Shown here: positions 9,812-19,388 of the stretch, piece after piece
How the letters are laid out: the number at the start of each line of letters is the position of its first letter
How positions within the stretch are numbered: position 1 is the first letter of the stretch
Translations under genes and position numbers: made by a program
Notes under the pieces: model-generated
What the model was told of the DNA's origin: nothing
Seen by the model: the letters and a program-made list of their open reading frames with translations, nothing else
Database searches by the model: none
Assembly (NCBI GenBank): GCA_000214015.2
Contig: CAID01000009.2
Span: 1 to 32,000, forward strand
Direction of reading: 5' to 3'
DNA length: 32,000 nt
Origin: Ostreococcus tauri
Lineage: Eukaryota

Positions 9812-11167
9812 ATGCGCGCGACGATGCGGTCGAGCTCCATCGCGCGGGCATTCGTAGTTCTCGTGATCGCCCTCGCCGCGAAAGCGAGCGCGCGGATCAC
9901 GCACCACGTGGTGGACAAGGATGATAGGAGTTTGATATTACTGCGCGAACCTTTCGGATTCGCCAAGGGGGGGGTGATGGAGATCGAGCTGAAGGATCCA
10001 AGATTCTTCCTACCGGAGAACGCGCCACCGGCGGATAAGACAAAGTTTGGATTTTTCGTCACAGAGGGAAAAGATGAGGGCGCGCTCGACGCCGCGCTCG
10101 GCGACGGCGCGTGCGTCTTGGACGTTGATTTCGTCGACGTCTTGTTCACGTTCTCGGACATGGAGGCGCAGAAGAAACCAGGTGAGGAGCACGTTCACGC
10201 GTTCGAGCATAGACGAGAGGTCACGAAGCCCGGGGATTACATGTTGTTTTTCGCCAGCTGTGAACCGCACACAGTGGTGAGCTTTGAGGTCACGACAAAG
10301 TTTATAAATAAGGACGCGAATGGGCACAACGACTATCTGGGTCGAGGCGAAAAGGCGCTGCCGAGCGTGTATTACCTGTTCTTTCTCCTAGATGCGGGCG
10401 CGTGCGTGGCGTGGGCGTACGTCCTCGGACGCTCGGCGAACAAGCGCGGCGTGCGTAAAATTCACTGGTTGATGCTCGCGCTCGTTAGCTTCAAAACGCT
10501 CTCTGTGCTCGCGCAAGCGGGACGATATCACATTACAAGATTGACCGGGTCTTCCAAGGGGTGGACTGTGGCGTACTACATCTTCACCGTGTGTCGTTCG
10601 ATGTTGCTCTTTAGCGTCATCGCGCTCGTTGGCATGGGCTGGAGCTTCTTGAAGCCGTTTTTGCACCAGCGCGAGAAGAACTTGCTCATGGCGGTGATCC
10701 CGCTTCAAGTGATGGCTAACATAGCAAGCGTCGTCGTCGGTGAGGAGGGACCCGCCGACGAAGGCTGGTTCGCGTGGCAGAATATGTTCGTCGTCATCGA
10801 CATCGTGTGCTGCTGCGCCATCCTCGTGCCCATTGTGTGGAGCATAAAGCACTTGCGCGATTCGAACGAATCGAGTGAGAAGAAGGCGAGAAATCTGGAA
10901 AAACTCTTGCTCTTCCGACACTTCTACGTCATGACCGTGGCGTACATATATTTCACCCGCATCATCGTGTACTTGTTGTTATCGACGGTGGAGTACGAGT
11001 TCAGGTGGACGGCTGCCTTCTTCAGTGAGTTGGCGACGCTCGCGTACTACGTCGCCACCGGATACATGTTCCGCCCCGAGGAGGATAACATGTACTTCTC
11101 GCTCAAGCAAGAAGAGGACGAGGACGGGGTGGAAATGAGCGACAGGGCGCGATGGTCCGAGGTATGA
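9812..11167 (+). CDS. Lung seven-transmembrane receptor family protein (GPR107/108-like).
   Basis: It has a signal-peptide-like N-terminus and a luminal beta-rich domain, followed by 7 hydrophobic segments. The segment IHWLMLALVSFKTLSVL is typical of the family. The C-terminal tail is acidic. Confidence 0.78.
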   Translation: MRATMRSSSIARAFVVLVIALAAKASARITHHVVDKDDRSLILLREPFGFAKGGVMEIELKDPRFFLPENAPPADKTKFGFFVTEGKDEGALDAALGDGACVLDVDFVDVLFTFSDMEAQKKPGEEHVHAFEHRREVTKPGDYMLFFASCEPHTVVSFEVTTKFINKDANGHNDYLGRGEKALPSVYYLFFLLDAGACVAWAYVLGRSANKRGVRKIHWLMLALVSFKTLSVLAQAGRYHITRLTGSSKGWTVAYYIFTVCRSMLLFSVIALVGMGWSFLKPFLHQREKNLLMAVIPLQVMANIASVVVGEEGPADEGWFAWQNMFVVIDIVCCCAILVPIVWSIKHLRDSNESSEKKARNLEKLLLFRHFYVMTVAYIYFTRIIVYLLLSTVEYEFRWTAAFFSELATLAYYVATGYMFRPEEDNMYFSLKQEEDEDGVEMSDRARWSEV

Positions 11168-11254
11168 AGCGCCGCAATCGCGTGAACTGCGACGAATCGT
11201 TGTAATTTGTCTAAGCTTGATTTTACACATCCGACGCCGTCCCCCTACGCTCGC

Positions 11255-11698
11255 TCACTCGAATTTCCGCACGTTCGACATCTCATCTAACATTTGTTGA
11301 ATCATCTCCTCCGTGAGTCCTCGATCGTCGCTCTCGAGACTCGGCACGAGCGTCTTCGCCTCGTCCCAGTCCTGCGGGCGTAGGTTCGAGATCGCGGCCC
11401 CCTCAAAGTCGTGTAATCCTAGGTTGGCGTGGAGCTCGCGGATCGCCGCCGCCGCGGTCCCGCTCGTGTTCCCGCTGAACCTCTGCGCGTATGCGAGCGT
11501 CTTCTCGAACACTCTCGTGCGCGTCGTCGACGTTTCCTCAGCTTGCTCGGCGTCATCCCCGAGCTTGGATTCCAGGACGATCTTCACCTCGCTCAGCGAC
11601 AAGCAGTTGGCGTCGTCGAAATCAGCGCCGAGCCTGAGCTCACTCGCGTCTTCATCCTCGACCGCGGACTTACGACCGACGCACGCCGCGGCGGACAT
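11255..11698 (-). CDS. RPB4: DNA-directed RNA polymerase II subunit RPB4.
   Basis: The protein is 147 aa. The segments CLSLSEVKIVLE...FEKTLAYAQRFS...HDFEGAAISNLRP...EAKTLVPSL...EMIQQMLDEM follow the RPB4 (HRDC-like) layout. Confidence 0.8.
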   Translation of the reverse strand: MSAAACVGRKSAVEDEDASELRLGADFDDANCLSLSEVKIVLESKLGDDAEQAEETSTTRTRVFEKTLAYAQRFSGNTSGTAAAAIRELHANLGLHDFEGAAISNLRPQDWDEAKTLVPSLESDDRGLTEEMIQQMLDEMSNVRKFE

Positions 11699-11857
11699 CG
11701 CGCGTTGTGTTATGCGGCGCGCGCCGCGCGCGGTTCGCTGAGACCTAGGACGCGCGGACGCGGACGCGTCGACGGCGATCCGCGTCGCCGTCGTGGATCC
11801 ACGGAACGCGGCGAGTTACATTACACGGTTGAACATCGTCCATTGAATCGAACGCTA

Positions 11858-12208
11858 TCAGTACAAATCTTTCGCGGCGTGGCGCATCCCTTTGCGCATC
11901 TTCTTCCTATCGACGCTCGTCGCCGAGCGCTCCGCGTGCGCGAGCGCCTTGGTGCGCGCCAGCTTCTTCCTCTTCGCTATCGCTCGTCGCACGTTCGGCG
12001 TCTTCGTCCGCGTCTCCGTCGTCATCGCCGTCGTCGTCACCGCGTCCCCCGTCCCAGGCGTCGACGTCGAGGTCGTCCACGTCGCCGCCGCGACGCCCTC
12101 GCCGACGCCCTCGCTCGGCGCCCCCGCCGTGGGCATCGCCACGTCCGCGCCCGAGCTCGACGCCCTGAGCGCTCGAAGTCGCGCGCGTCGTCGCGTGCCC
12201 TTGGCCAT
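11858..12208 (-). CDS. Small basic protein (116 aa), possibly an Alb1-like ribosome-biogenesis factor. This call is tentative.
   Basis: ATG 12208 begins MAKGTRRRARLRALR. The C-terminus is KRKKLARTKALAHAERSATSVDRKKMRKGMRHAAKDLY. The middle is low complexity over a GTC/GAC-rich tract, and other frames and strands are also open here, so the coding call is weak. Confidence 0.3.
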   Translation of the reverse strand: MAKGTRRRARLRALRASSSGADVAMPTAGAPSEGVGEGVAAATWTTSTSTPGTGDAVTTTAMTTETRTKTPNVRRAIAKRKKLARTKALAHAERSATSVDRKKMRKGMRHAAKDLY

Positions 12209-12443
12209 CGGGTCGCGCGAGGTCGAGCGCCGGGGAGTGGCGAGGCGACGCGCGCGGGTGCACCGTCGCGCGCGCGTGGTGCGCCCGCACGCGTCGACGC
12301 CGTCGTTCGCGCGGGCGATGCGGCGCGCGGTGACGCGGGTGCGAGAGACGGCGTCGACGTCGACCTCGGTCGCCGCGTCGAGCGCGCTCGGGGCGTGGCG
12401 TCGAGCGTTCGCGAGCGACGATGAGCGGTCGCGACACGAGGCG

Positions 12444-13028
12444 ATGATGGGGATGGAGGACGCGTACGGCTCCGGCGTCACCGCGCAGAGCGAAGTGGAG
12501 TCACCGGAAGAGAAGAAACGACGAATGGCGGAGGAACTGGAGCGAAGAGGCGTGCTCGTGGGCGACCGAGTGCGAGTGGAGGTGCGCGTGGGAGCGCCGC
12601 TTCCGGAACAGTGGCGACACACGTCGACGGAGCGTCAGGACGACGGAACGACGTCGAGCGCGCGGCAATCGACCGACGCTTCGGTTCGTTCGGATCAACG
12701 CCGCAGCTCTGACGATGATCCATCGTCGAAAGTACCGGCGAAGAAGCGTTGGTTGACTCGCGTCGTGTTCGGTTACGCGACGCTCACGCGAAACGGGCGA
12801 GTGGGAGTAAAGAGGACGGGGAGCGCGGACACCGACACGTCGTTTCCGACGTATCCCAAACGGTGGGTCACCGTTCTTGACGTCGGAGAGTTGTGGGAGA
12901 TGTGCACGGGACCGAGGAATCCCTCGGGCGTGAGCGGCGCGAGCGACCAGGACATGTACGAGTACATGAAAGCGACGGGTGCGAACCCAGAGAATGTGAG
13001 CTCTCAGGATATTAGCGCGTCGAGATAG
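12444..13028 (+). CDS. Hypothetical protein (194 aa) of unknown function.
   Basis: This is the C-terminal part of ORF 11892..13028. From MMGMEDAYGSG onward the composition is protein-like (WLTRVVFGYATLTRNGRVGVKRTG...WVTVLDVGELWEMC). The part upstream of 12444 is Arg/Ala low complexity. I recognise no motif. Confidence 0.4.
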   Translation: MMGMEDAYGSGVTAQSEVESPEEKKRRMAEELERRGVLVGDRVRVEVRVGAPLPEQWRHTSTERQDDGTTSSARQSTDASVRSDQRRSSDDDPSSKVPAKKRWLTRVVFGYATLTRNGRVGVKRTGSADTDTSFPTYPKRWVTVLDVGELWEMCTGPRNPSGVSGASDQDMYEYMKATGANPENVSSQDISASR

Positions 13029-13094
13029 GAATAGGAACGAAGTAAAAAGAGTAGAAGATGGAATCGAATAAGGTAGTCTCGTCGTCCAAAAGAG

Positions 13095-13213
13095 TGATCT
13101 AGCCCGGATTCGAGCCGGGGATGCCACGGCTCTGCGAGTGTTCAGCCTGTACGAACGACGTGAGTCGTTCTCATGTCCACAACGTGGAGTACTAACCACT
13201 ATACTACTAGATC
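13095..13213 (-). tRNA. tRNA-His (anticodon GTG) with a 47-nt intron at the canonical 37/38 position.
   Basis: On the minus strand the acceptor stem is GATCTAG/CTAGATC with discriminator A. The D-arm GTATAGTGGTTAGTAC is identical to the typical eukaryotic tRNA-His D-arm. The anticodon stem is CCACG/CGTGG with loop TTGTGG^C interrupted by ACATGAG...CGCAGAG. The T-arm is CCCGG-CTCGAAT-CCGGG. The mature length is 72 nt. Confidence 0.8.
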
Positions 13214-13390
13214 TGGCATTTTACGGCCTTTGAAGCGCTTCATCAGGCTTTTAGGACCAATATACGCGTTGACACCGAAAGGCGACCGACGAATTCTCCA
13301 GAATTGGTCTCGAAAACATTACGGGTGTATTTTCTCAGTCGCGCACGCCAACTGTTTTCGCACCCGAGGACGCACAATTCTTCGACAACG

Positions 13391-14552
13391 ATGACGAACA
13401 AGCACTCGTCGTCAGCGCCGACGTCGATGACGGTCGCCAAGGCTCGCCCGCGCGCTGGTGAACCCCGTCGTATTCTCGTCACCGGCGGTGCCGGGTTCGT
13501 CGGCTCGCACCTCGTCGACGCCCTCATCGCTCGAGGAGACCACGTCATGGTGATGGACAACTTTTTCACGGGTGCGCACCGGAATCTCGAGCACTTGTCA
13601 CAGAACGACGGACTGGTGAGAAGTGGGAGATTCGAAATCATTCGACACGACGTCGTGCAGCCGTTTCTTGTCGAGGTGGATGAGGTCTATCACCTCGCGT
13701 GCCCGGCGTCGCCGATTCACTACAAGTTCAACCCAGTGAAAACGATCAAGACGAACGTGATCGGAACCCTCAATGCGTTGGGACTGGCCAAGAGGTACGC
13801 AAGTCAATTATGTTTTTCTAGGACATAATCGTTACGTTGCGAAGCTTGCGAAAACGCGACATTTTACTGAACACTTCTCCTCCTTTCCCGCTCGTCGCAG
13901 GTGCAAGGCGAAATTCCTACTGACGTCGACGTCAGAGGTGTACGGCGACCCACTCGAGCACCCGCAAAAGGAATCGTACTGGGGAAACGTTAATCCGATC
14001 GGTGAGCGCGCGTGTTATGACGAGGGAAAGCGATGTGCCGAGACACTCGCGTTTGACTATCATCGCGAACACGGCTTGGACATTCGCGTGGCGCGAATTT
14101 TCAACACGTACGGACCGCGAATGGCCATGGACGACGGGCGCGTGGTGTCGAATTTCGTCGCTCAGGCGCTCCGAGGAGATAAGCTCACCGTCTACGGCGA
14201 CGGTTCGCAGACGCGCTCGTTTCAGTACGTCTCTGATCTGGTCGCCGGACTCATCGCGCTCATGGACAACGAAGACGGCTTCATCGGACCCGTCAACTTG
14301 GGGAATCCCGGCGAGTTCACCATGAACGAGCTGGCAGAAAAGGTACGCGAGATCGTGAATCCCGCGGCAGAGATCGAGTACTGCGAAAACACCGCTGATG
14401 ATCCCAGTCGAAGGAAGCCCGATATTTCCGTCGCGCGAGAAAAGTTGCGCTGGGAACCCAAGGTCACGCTGGACGAGGGATTGCGCTTGATGGTAGATGA
14501 CTTTCGTGCGCGAGTGGAGGCGTGTGCGAAGCGCGCGAAAACGACGCGATGA
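13391..14552 (+). CDS. UXS: UDP-glucuronate decarboxylase (UDP-xylose synthase). The model has two exons.
   Basis: Conserved segments are [59 protein letters not shown] | [23 protein letters not shown] and [10 protein letters not shown]. Exon 1 is 13391..13794. The intron is 13795..13900 (GTACGC...TACTGAAC...CAG, 106 nt). Exon 2 is 13901..14552. The frames join to give 351 aa. Confidence 0.9.
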
Positions 14553-14679
14553 GAAGGAGAGACCGCGCGTGCGTGTTCAATCGTTGTTCAATCGTCTTGG
14601 CGTGTATATTGAAATACGCGTTTGCTTAGTAGTGCGCCGTAGTCGCCCTCGACTCTTGTCGCAAAAAGAATAGTAGCGC

Positions 14680-15728
14680 TTAGATCGCCTTGAAGTATTC
14701 CTTCGAGCCCTTCGGATCCGGCTTCATCGTCGCCGCACCCGGGGTCCAGCCCGCCGGGCACACCTCGTCTGGGTTGTTTTGAACGTATTGGATCGCTTGA
14801 AGCACGCGCAGGCACTCGTCGACGTTGCGGCCGAACGGAGCGTTGTTGCATGTGTAGTGCTGGATGACGCCCTCACGATCGATGATGTACAACCCACGGA
14901 GCGCGGTGCCGTCTTCGTACAACACATCGTACGATTCGCAGATTTCGCGCTTGAGGTCACTGACGAGCGGGTAGGCCAAGTCGCCGAGGCCGCCGTCGTT
15001 GCGGTCGGTTTGCAACCACGCCAAGTGAGAGAACTTGGAGTCAACGCTCACGCCGAGGACTTCGGTGTTGAGCTTCGCGAACTCTTCGTAGCGATCGGAG
15101 AAGGCGGTGATTTCCGTCGGGCACACAAAGGTAAAATCGAGCGGGTAGAAGAAGAGCACGACGTACTTGCCGCGGTAATCCGAGAGCTTGATGTCTTGGA
15201 ACTCTTGATCGAACACCGCCTCGGCGCTAAACTCCGGCGCCGGGTAGCCCACGAGCGGCTTGCGCGCTTCCTACGACGATGAGAAAAGCCGAGCGATACG
15301 ACGTCAGTCTTTTGCGCCTCATGAACCGCGCATCGTCCGCGGTCTCGAGTGTAGATATCGCGAGAGACGTCCTCGCGGCGGCTCTCAGCCACTCGTCGCC
15401 GTTCGCGCGTTTCAACGGACTCACCACGCGGACGGCGGATCGGGAGAAGTTCTTCCCCTTAACGCTGCGTGTGAGAAAAGAGCCACGGTCAGCATATCGT
15501 TCGCCGCGCGTCCGCGTCGACCTCTTCGTCCCGTCCCGGCGTCGTTCGAGACGTCATCGATCGACGACGGAAGAACCATCGCGTTCGAGAACTCGAGGCT
15601 CGTTCGTTCGCCCGATCGCGCGCGCGTCCTGGACCCGCGCGACGCCGCGTCGCTCGTCTCGCGCACCTCTTCTGGAGCGCCGACGCCCTGGGCGTGAACG
15701 CGCTCTTGGACAAACTCGCGGACAACAT
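14680..15728 (-). CDS. Typical 2-Cys peroxiredoxin (BAS1-like, probably plastid-targeted). The model has three exons including a 40-nt micro-exon.
   Basis: The main exon 14680..15270 contains [25 protein letters not shown] (peroxidatic Cys) and VCPAGW (resolving Cys). The track start is GTG and an in-frame TAG precedes it, so the N-terminus must be spliced. Model: exon 1 is 15667..15728, intron 1 is 15465..15666 (GTGCGC...GCTGAC...CAG), exon 2 is 15425..15464, intron 2 is 15271..15424 (GTGAGT...GACTGAC...TAG) and exon 3 is 14680..15270. The resulting N-terminus is [44 protein letters not shown]. The main exon is near certain. The N-terminal model has confidence of about 0.55. Confidence 0.8.
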
Positions 15729-16102
15729 CGTCGACGATCGTCGCAGTGCGGTCGCGCGGCGCGGTCGACGCGGGTGACGTCATGGTGTCCACAACCCTAG
15801 ATTTTTTATCCACGTCGCGCGCATCCAATTCCCTCTCGAGCACGCATCGTACGTATTTTCACCTCGCCACGGCGCCCCCGAGACCGGACCCGATCACTCG
15901 TCGTTCGGCGCCCGTTCGATCTTGGTTCGGCGCATCGCTGGAATGCTCGAGATTTTTCTTCCCTCGAGACGTGACGAAATACGGCGAACACTCGCGCATC
16001 GATCGACGTCGCGAGGGGAAGGGTTTAGGTGATGTGTTGGGTGTCCGATTCGAACCCCGGATGACCCCTCGCCCGGGCGTCGCGCGCGGGACGGCGAGAG
16101 CG

Positions 16103-17326
16103 ATGGCGACGACTGAATCCGCAGTGCGCGGAGGGACCATGGGCGTCGCGCGGTGCGCCGCGGTGCGCGCGAGCGTCGCACGAACGACGGTGTCGAGGCG
16201 CGAGGGGCGATCGAGCGCGCAGGTGCGAAAAACGGCGACGACGAGACGACGGATGGTGACCTCGACCGATGGGTCGAGCGGGCGAGACGGCGCCGACGAG
16301 GACGACGACGACGACGACGCGGGAGAGGGATGCGACGCGCGGTGGACGCGAACGCGCGCGCGCGATCGATCGCGTCGTCCACGGCGTTGACGGCGCGCGA
16401 TCGAGCGCGATCGAGGTCGGGATGGGGGCGAGAGTTTGGACCCCTCGCCCGATCGGGCGCTCTGGGTGGTTTGGATAACGCGCGCGAAGGAGAGACTGAC
16501 GAGAACGTTTACATCGACGCAGGCGCCGGCGGTGCGACGACGATGCGTCGCAGTGAACGCTGGGACGGGTAAGTTCATCGTCGGTGGGAACTGGAAGTGT
16601 AACGGCACCGCGGCCTCGGTCAAGGACCTCGTCAAGGCGCTCAACGCGGGAAAAATTGACGCGGATGTCGACGTCTACGTCGCGCCGCCGTTCGTGTTCA
16701 TTCCGCGCGTGCAGGCGGAACTCAACAGTGAGAAGTACGCCATCGCCGCGCAGAATTGCTGGGTTTCCGAGGGTGGTGCGTTTACTGGAGAGGTGAGCGC
16801 CGAAATGCTCGTCGACGCCAACATCCCTTGGGTGATTTTGGGGCACAGCGAACGTCGCGCGTTGTGCGGCGAAACGAGTGAGTTTGTCGGCGAGAAGGTT
16901 AAGTACGCCCTGAGCAAGGGTTTGAAGGTTGCTCTATGCATTGGTGAAACGTTGGATCAGCGGGAGTCCGGGAAGACCATGGACGTGTGCTACGCGCAGC
17001 TCAAGGCTGTGAACGACGTCATCACTGCGGCGGACTGGGACAACGTCGTCATCGCGTACGAGCCCGTCTGGGCCATCGGTACGGGCAAGGTAGCGACGCC
17101 AGATCAGGCGCAAGACGTACATGCGGGCATTCGTAAGTGGTGCGCGTCCAATATCTCCCCGGAAGTCGCGTCTAAGATTCGTATTCAATACGGAGGTAGC
17201 GTGAACGCGTCGAACTGCGACGAGTTGGCGACGAAGGAGGACATCGACGGATTCCTCGTCGGTGGCGCTTCGCTCATCGGCGACGCATTCGTCACGATTT
17301 GCAACAGCGCGAAGAACTCCAAGTGA
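16103..17326 (+). CDS. TPI: Triosephosphate isomerase, probably the plastid isoform. The model has two exons.
   Basis: Conserved motifs are [25 protein letters not shown] and GGASL. ORF 16436..17326 starts at TTG and has no in-frame ATG before the conserved core, so an upstream exon is required. Model: exon 1 runs from ATG 16103 (alternatives 16061 or 16139) to 16222 ([11 protein letters not shown]...SSAQ, transit-peptide-like). The intron is 16223..16522 (GTGCGA...GACTGAC...CAG, 300 nt, phase 0). Exon 2 is 16523..17326. Alternative phase-0 GTGCGC donors exist at 16124 and 16163. Confidence 0.82.
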
Positions 17327-17566
17327 GAGACATCGCCGCCGATATCTCACTGATTTCTTCGCTCGTTTCTCTCCGAGAGCGAACGAGCGATTCCCTCACG
17401 AGTTGACTCGCCGCACAAGCAGCCCACAGGTATACACCATCGATAGCTATCATATTTGTCCGAAGATTTCGCATGTAATCGCATCTAAGGACATGTGAAA
17501 CAAATTTAAAAACAGACAACTCGCACTACACGGAAAGAATGGGATCTGGTCGATGTGTCACTAATT

Positions 17567-18451
17567 TCATCTATAGTACGCCATGTGGCGCGTCTGGAAG
17601 TGGCTCGCCGCGTCCACCTTTGGCGGAGGATTCGCCGCGCGCTCGGCCTCGCGCACGCGTCGCTCGTCGCGATCGATGCGTAACCACTTCTCGATCGTCG
17701 ACAATAAGTGTTTCGTTCCTTGAATCTCTGGAATATCTTCCTTAGCGCCTCCGTACTTGAGCTCGCCGTTGGACGTGAACGCGAGGTGCGTCATCCAATC
17801 CGCCATGCCGTCAAAGATATGCGTCGCGTACACGATAGTCGCCCCACGCTGCTCGCATTCCTCCTTGAAGAATTTGAGCAGGTCCAGTCGGCCCAAAATG
17901 TCCAAATCGACCGTGATCTCATCGCACAGGAGCACCTTGTACGGCTTGAGGAGTCCCATGCAGATTTGCACCCGTCGTCGCTGTCCATCACTCAGCGCCT
18001 TCATGGACCAATCTAAATCAACGTCCAAAAGCTTGACCAATCGTTCTCTTCGCTCTGGATCGACCCCAGTGACGCCCTCGATCATCGCTCGCGCCGAGAT
18101 GTCTCCGCTCAGCGGCACGTCGGCTCCGGCGCTTCCAATGTTCCTTCGCCACTGCGCCCCGAGATAGCTCAGTTCGCCGTCGCACGTGAGCGCGATGTCG
18201 TGAAACGGCGGTCGTCCCAGCACCCGCACCGCGTCTTCGCTCACCATGGTTTTCCCAGCCAATACCTGCAGCGCCGTCGTTTTACCAGCCCCATTCGCAC
18301 CGCTGAGCAAGCATCTCGACCCCGGCGGCAGCGCGAGCGTCCACGCGCGCACGACCGCCTCGTGTCCCGGGTACGCGTACGTCAGCCCGTCGACTCGAAC
18401 CGAGGGTTCGGTCGCGGCGTCGCTGAGCGCGATCTCCATCGTCGCCGTCAT
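17567..18451 (-). CDS. Soluble ABC ATPase of the CAF16 / ABCI19-21 type, with no membrane domain.
   Basis: Walker A is GANGAGKTT, the signature is LSDGQRRRV and Walker B is VLLCDEITVDLD. The conserved C-terminal tail is THIFDG...HLLSTIEKWL. I took the start at ATG 18451 (MTATMEIAL). The upstream part of ORF 17567..18721 is poly-Val translated from a GAC repeat. Confidence 0.85.
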   Translation of the reverse strand: MTATMEIALSDAATEPSVRVDGLTYAYPGHEAVVRAWTLALPPGSRCLLSGANGAGKTTALQVLAGKTMVSEDAVRVLGRPPFHDIALTCDGELSYLGAQWRRNIGSAGADVPLSGDISARAMIEGVTGVDPERRERLVKLLDVDLDWSMKALSDGQRRRVQICMGLLKPYKVLLCDEITVDLDILGRLDLLKFFKEECEQRGATIVYATHIFDGMADWMTHLAFTSNGELKYGGAKEDIPEIQGTKHLLSTIEKWLRIDRDERRVREAERAANPPPKVDAASHFQTRHMAYYR

Positions 18452-18559
18452 CGCGCGCGCCGTCGCTCGCGTCGAACACGTGCGCGGTGGGATGACGTCG
18501 TCAAAAAAACCGTCCCCGCAGCGCGCGCGCGCGCGATCGCGTCCACCTCGATCGCGGGA

Positions 18560-18600
18560 GACGACGACGACGACGACGGCGATGATGTCATCCGCGACGA

Positions 18601-18638
<38 letters not shown>
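18560..18638. repeat. Interrupted (GAC)n trinucleotide microsatellite in a divergent intergenic region.
   Basis: The array is (GAC)6 ggcgatgatgtcatccgc (GAC)9 ggc (GAC)4. It lies between ATG 18451 (minus strand) and ATG 18699 (plus strand). It generates poly-D and poly-V runs in the spurious ORFs. Confidence 0.85.
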
Positions 18639-18698
18639 GTGGGTCGACGCGCGACCGCGCGCGGTCGGTCCGCGCGCGCGCGCCCGAGCGACCGGTGG

Positions 18699-19145
18699 AT
18701 GGGTCGGGTGGGTGCACGCATCGTGCGTCCGCGAGCGACGATGGACGTCGTGCACGAGCTCGCGGCGGCGCCGGATTCGACGTACGGACCGTTCGTTGCC
18801 GTCGCCGCGGCGGTGTACGTCGGATGGGTGTTCTACGACGGCGCGAGAGAGGTGGAGCGGCTCACGCGCGAGCTCGAGTCGAGAGGATACGACGTGAGCG
18901 CGATTAACAAGCTGAAGGAGCTCAGATTCCTCAAGCGCGCGGTGGACGGGGGCGATAAGGCGATCATTCAGGAATCTTTGGATAAGATTTGGTTTTCCCG
19001 AGCGAAGACGATCGCAGCGACGGGGGATTTGATGCAGGTGCGACGCATGACGCAGTACTGGAAGACGCGCGGCGTCAAGGTGGAGCGACTCTCCGACCTG
19101 GACGTCCTCCAGGACTGGATGGTGAACAAGTACAACAAGGCGTGA
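18699..19145 (+). CDS. Hypothetical small protein with one predicted transmembrane helix.
   Basis: This is the C-terminal part of ORF 18246..19145: MGRVGARIVRPRATMDVVHELAAAPDSTYGPFVAVAAAVYVGWVFY...LQDWMVNKYNKA. The composition is protein-like. ATG 18741 is an alternative start. I recognise no motif. Confidence 0.5.
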   Translation: MGRVGARIVRPRATMDVVHELAAAPDSTYGPFVAVAAAVYVGWVFYDGAREVERLTRELESRGYDVSAINKLKELRFLKRAVDGGDKAIIQESLDKIWFSRAKTIAATGDLMQVRRMTQYWKTRGVKVERLSDLDVLQDWMVNKYNKA

Positions 19146-19388
19146 CGCGCGCGAGGAGCGGGATGTATTACGATTGTTATTCGTCTTCACGCGCGAGCGA
19201 GCGCGAGCGAGGGCGGGAGCTCTCTCCCTCGCCACTTTCACCAGTCACGACCCTCGAACGACCCCCACGATTGCTTTCGCGCCAACTCTGGCTCCGAACA
19301 TCCTTTCGCCCGACTTGTTCCCCTGGATCGAAAGATCGTTCGCACTTTGCGCCTCTGAAGCGCGTCAAACCACGCGCGCGCACGCGAG

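Noticed and set aside
9511-10161. A 216-aa minus-strand ORF overlapping the start of the 7TM receptor gene.
   Set aside because: It overlaps a gene with a clear family signature on the other strand and has no motif of its own. It is part intergenic and part antisense.
16021-16029. An interstitial telomere-like 9-mer GGGTTTAGG upstream of TPI, and TAAACCC at about 21254.
   Set aside because: A 7-9 nt match to one of seven telomere phases is expected by chance in 64 kb of two-strand sequence. Only the 12-mer next to the telomere (251..262) seemed worth reporting.
15746-16846. Long ORFs on both strands (214, 261, 273 and 162 aa) between the 2-Cys Prx and TPI genes.
   Set aside because: They are Arg/Ala/Ser-rich, mutually overlapping, and cover promoter, leader-exon and intron sequence of the two flanking genes. 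Only the short transit-peptide exon of TPI is used from this region.
18452-18721. A poly-Val/Arg N-terminal extension of the ABC ATPase ORF (MRAPTRPIHRS...VVVVVVVV...).
   Set aside because: It is a translation of the (GAC)n microsatellite and its GC-rich flank. The conserved ATPase begins right after ATG 18451/18439, and the extension overlaps the divergent neighbour gene.
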